From Mesotaenium endlicherianum (taxonomy: Eukaryota), in contig WELA01002258.1 of assembly GCA_009602735.1 (NCBI GenBank), forward strand, positions 78,746-142,745: a stretch of 64,000 bases of DNA, given 5' to 3'. Shown here piece after piece: positions 60,580 to 64,000 of this stretch. Within the stretch, counting starts at the first letter, position 1. Each line of letters opens with the position of its first letter. The position numbers were made by a program, and so were the translations under genes. The notes under the pieces were generated by a model that saw nothing but the letters and a program-made list of their open reading frames with translations, was not told the DNA's origin and made no database searches.

Positions 60580-62232
60580 GCTCAGGTGGGCTGCATTTCT
60601 GACGAACCGCTTCCCTTTTTCAGGTCGAATCCCCCGCTAAAAACCTTCAAAATCGTTGTTGCCCCTCCTACCTCCTTCCCAGCTCCTTCCACTCGCCATG
60701 CTGCCCACTCGATTCATGAAAGCGTTCGCAACTCTCGCTCTCCAGCGGACGGCTTACACCACGAGCTGCTACGAGCAATTGACCGATTTGACCAAAATTG
60801 TTCAAAAGCGTGCGTCCAGCCGTGGCACGAAAGGCATCGAGGTCTATCTTGGTCGTTACAAGCACGAGAGACATTTAACCGGGAACTGCCGTCAGGACCC
60901 GTCACGTGTCCCGACGGGAGAAAACGTGCAAGCGTGTGGCAAAGTACATGAACCGACGTCTGCCCAAGCGTGGGAAGTATACATTTCCGCATGAACAATT
61001 CAACAAGAGCATGCAACTTCCATATCATTGGGCTTTCCCAAACATTTAAGAAATACAAATGAGATTATCATACACAATCTTAAGACAGGGGCACAATTGA
61101 CCAGAGCTTGTTGTGGTCATGGTTAAAGGAGGCAATGTCAAATTTTTACCAGTTATTGAATATGAAGGTACTTGCGATGAGGACAGTAATTGGACAATGC
61201 AAGGGACATCAGCACGTAATTTTTTTTCCATACCATGAATTGATATTTATTACTTCAATTCATGATTGAAGCCACCAAAAGGGCCAATTCACTTTGCCGA
61301 CTCGTAATATTGCTCCTCCAAATGCTCCTTCTAAGATTAAAATGGGAAAGAAGATACAAAAATTGCAAAAAAATAACAAATCACATATTTTGTCAATATT
61401 GACACCATTCGCCACCATTCGCGCTTTCATTGACGTTCATCAACATGTATCTCGATCCTAGTTTTAAAATACTCACGCATCGACCTAACTTGCCGTACCA
61501 ATATTCTGTATCGCATACATATACGTATCAAATTTAAACTTGAAAAATAGTGGTCCGTTCTATCCGTTTAATACCAAAATAAGATTTTCTCTTGTACAGG
61601 CTGATGGTTGACATACGTTCTTTTTGACCATCTGTTCTTGACGCGCTTGTCATGCTCTACCTAGCCTGATCTCTAAAATTAACAATTTGAAACTTTCCAA
61701 AAGTTACAGCTGCAAACAACTTTTTAACAATTTCACACGCTTGGCGTATTTTGGCGTATTTTACGTACAGTTTTAGCACAACCATGTATACTCATCCATA
61801 CTTATCCTGTATAGGTCGTATCCATATATTAAAATTACAATCTCAATGGAGGTCATTTAAAACAATATCAACTCAAAGTGGTGAATAGATGACTCAAACT
61901 TATGACATTAGCCTCTACTATAGTGGCAAAGTATGTGAGGTGCTTCATTCCACTCATCACCACCTAATAAACACCACAAAAAATACGATTCGCCAATATC
62001 CACTAAATCACTTTTTGCCAATCACATAAAACATAGAGAGCTTAATAAATGCTAGATTACAATGATCTACATATTAAAAAGAGAATGAAAGATATTCGCC
62101 ATCATACATTCTCAACCCGATTGCAAACTTGCATTATGTACAAAAAAACTACTAGAACACACAAAAGATACATTAAAAAAAACTGTCCACATCCCCATCA
62201 CACACTCTCCCTCTCCCATCCTGCCCCCTCTA

Positions 62233-62285
<53 letters not shown>

Positions 62286-62354
62286 ATATCTTCTCTCTCT
62301 CTCTATCTATCTTCTCTCTCTCTCTCTCTCTATATATATATAGATATATATATA

Positions 62355-62406
<52 letters not shown>

Positions 62407-64000
62407 CCCCAAGAGAGGAGGGGGGGGAGGAGGGGGGGGGAGGGAAAGTGAATGACGAGTATTTGATAACTATTTTTTATGTATTTCTTGTGTGTTAATC
62501 TTGTTTGATAAGCTCTACACCAGCCTTGGACCATCCTAGCAAAACTTGTGCCTTCGCACTATGGTGCGCGCGTTTGAAGCGTTCGACGTCACCTTCTCGC
62601 TAGCATACGTTTTCTGCAGGCTATATGCGGCTTCTCAAGCTCTTACGCTCTCAGAGCTAGCTTGGATAAGAACACTAACTATAAATCTTGTAATGTTTGA
62701 TCACACGTTTACTTCTGTTGACTAGCAAATCCTTGATGTACAATTGGAATTGGTATAGTTATAGCATTAATCTTTAAGAAGACGCTCGGAAGCTCTCATT
62801 GTTGCAGGGTGGGCCGGGTTATTGAATGTGGGTTTCCATCAGTATGCATGAGTTTATGTATAATTTTAGTGGGTCGTGTGCGATGAATCAGTATATTGGT
62901 AGATATAATATTCATTTAAATATAATTGCTAGTTAAATTCACCCAGGTGAACTTTAGTTAATAGTTAGTCTGCTGGAAATATTAACATTATCTGTCTAAT
63001 GACTCAGCCGGGAGAAGCAGGCTAAAGTCAACTTAGGTCAGCTTGCTGACACATTCTTTGATAGCCAGCTGACTTAAGTACTCGGTAGCAGCAAACCGCC
63101 TAGATATGCATCTAAGTGTGGTATGCTTGATGAATGGCCGAATGACATCCTTAGGATGGATGGCAATTCGGGACGATGGAAGATGGGGGTGGATTTGGTT
63201 AACCGAGGTCCTACCAACGTGGTTACCTCCCGGGTAGGCGGTGCCATCGCACTTGCCATTGAACAGTAAAATCATTCCATGTACATAGGCTAGGTATTGC
63301 TCTTGAGTTCGGCATTTGGAAACTCTCTTGGACAGCTTACTGAGAGGTATCTGAATCCAAGGCAAGAAGCCATTGATATGCACTGTCTTCTAGCCTTGCT
63401 TATGTATGAGTTTTCGATTGCATTATTGATGCTAGATTACTTGCATTTGACTTGCGAATATTGCCCACTGCTAGTGTGTTGTCTATTGCCGTTTAATCAA
63501 TTAACAGAAACTACCATAAAGATTACTCGCTAATATAAAGATTTTTATTAATTGCTAATCGCCTATTTGGTAAGTCAATTCATTTCATCGTGGCTGCTGC
63601 TGCTGCCAAGGCTTAAGCCAGGACCTCTACCTTTGGAAACTCACTTATTCGTGATTACTCTTTAGTCTCTTCTTTTATGTTCCGGAGCTTGCTTAGCTTC
63701 AAACGGTGTGATGTTGATTGTGCCTGATAAAAGACAACTCCATGCAACAACCACGGACTCTAGTGTTAGACAATGGACATGGAGGCTGGAGTGCGCAAAT
63801 TACAAGTTGCCATTGTATTGAAAATCTTACCCAAGCAATTTTAATTTCCCTTGCGTCCTTCTTTCATGCTCGGGCAGCACGCTTTCCTCATGATCAGTCG
63901 TGAGGTTCAAGGCGGCTGTCAAGACACCCTATTAGTCAATCACTTGCATTTGACTTGTGAAAATTACTTGCGCCGGTTGTGTGGTATATTGCTCATAAGT
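60578..64000 (+). repeat. Segmental repeat, copy 2 (runs off the window)
   Basis: See copy 1; includes a (CT)n/(AT)n tract at 62230-62403 where copy 1 has an N gap. Confidence 0.88.
62879..63587 (+). mobile_element. Solo LTR of the C family
   Basis: TG...CA ends; TSD TCGTG at 62874-62878 and 63588-63592; empty paralogous site with a single TCGTG at 54953-54957. Confidence 0.93.

Noticed and set aside
60578..60640. tRNA/SINE-like A box (CAGCTCAGGTGG) and B box (GGTCGAATCC), also at 52146
   Set aside because: The B box lacks a T, a T-run terminator lies between the boxes, and no cloverleaf is evident.
1..64000. CRISPR arrays, rRNA or tRNA genes, bacterial restriction-modification context for the MTases
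   Set aside because: No repeat-spacer arrays or RNA gene signatures; both MTases are embedded in retrotransposon polyproteins in eukaryotic DNA.

Overview
Eukaryotic, intron-rich DNA with GC-rich exons and microsatellite-laden introns. The gene set and transposon types suggest a streptophyte (charophyte-type) green alga, but this is inference. The left third (1-22.4 kb) holds the 3' part of a kinesin-7 gene with a C-terminal RING finger. It then holds an oxalate--CoA ligase (AAE3-like) immediately followed by an oxalyl-CoA decarboxylase/2-hydroxyacyl-CoA lyase; splice phases suggest these two form one fused ~1120-1160 aa oxalate-degrading protein. The rest is a nested retrotransposon cluster. 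Element A (23755-36296, +) is a degenerate Ty3/Gypsy element with the order gag-protease-DNMT3-like C5 methyltransferase-RT-RNaseH-integrase-PHD finger. Element B (36297-51848, -) is a second, strongly diverged DNMT-bearing Gypsy element, truncated tail-to-tail against A. Element C (41287-50105, -, TSD TCTGA) is an intact chromovirus inserted in B, with a -1 frameshift site and an extra 558-aa ORF behind splice signals. Four solo LTRs of the C family, a ~3-4 kb segmental duplication and a ~3 kb fold-back follow. There are two large assembly gaps. All calls come from manual reading; no searches were run.
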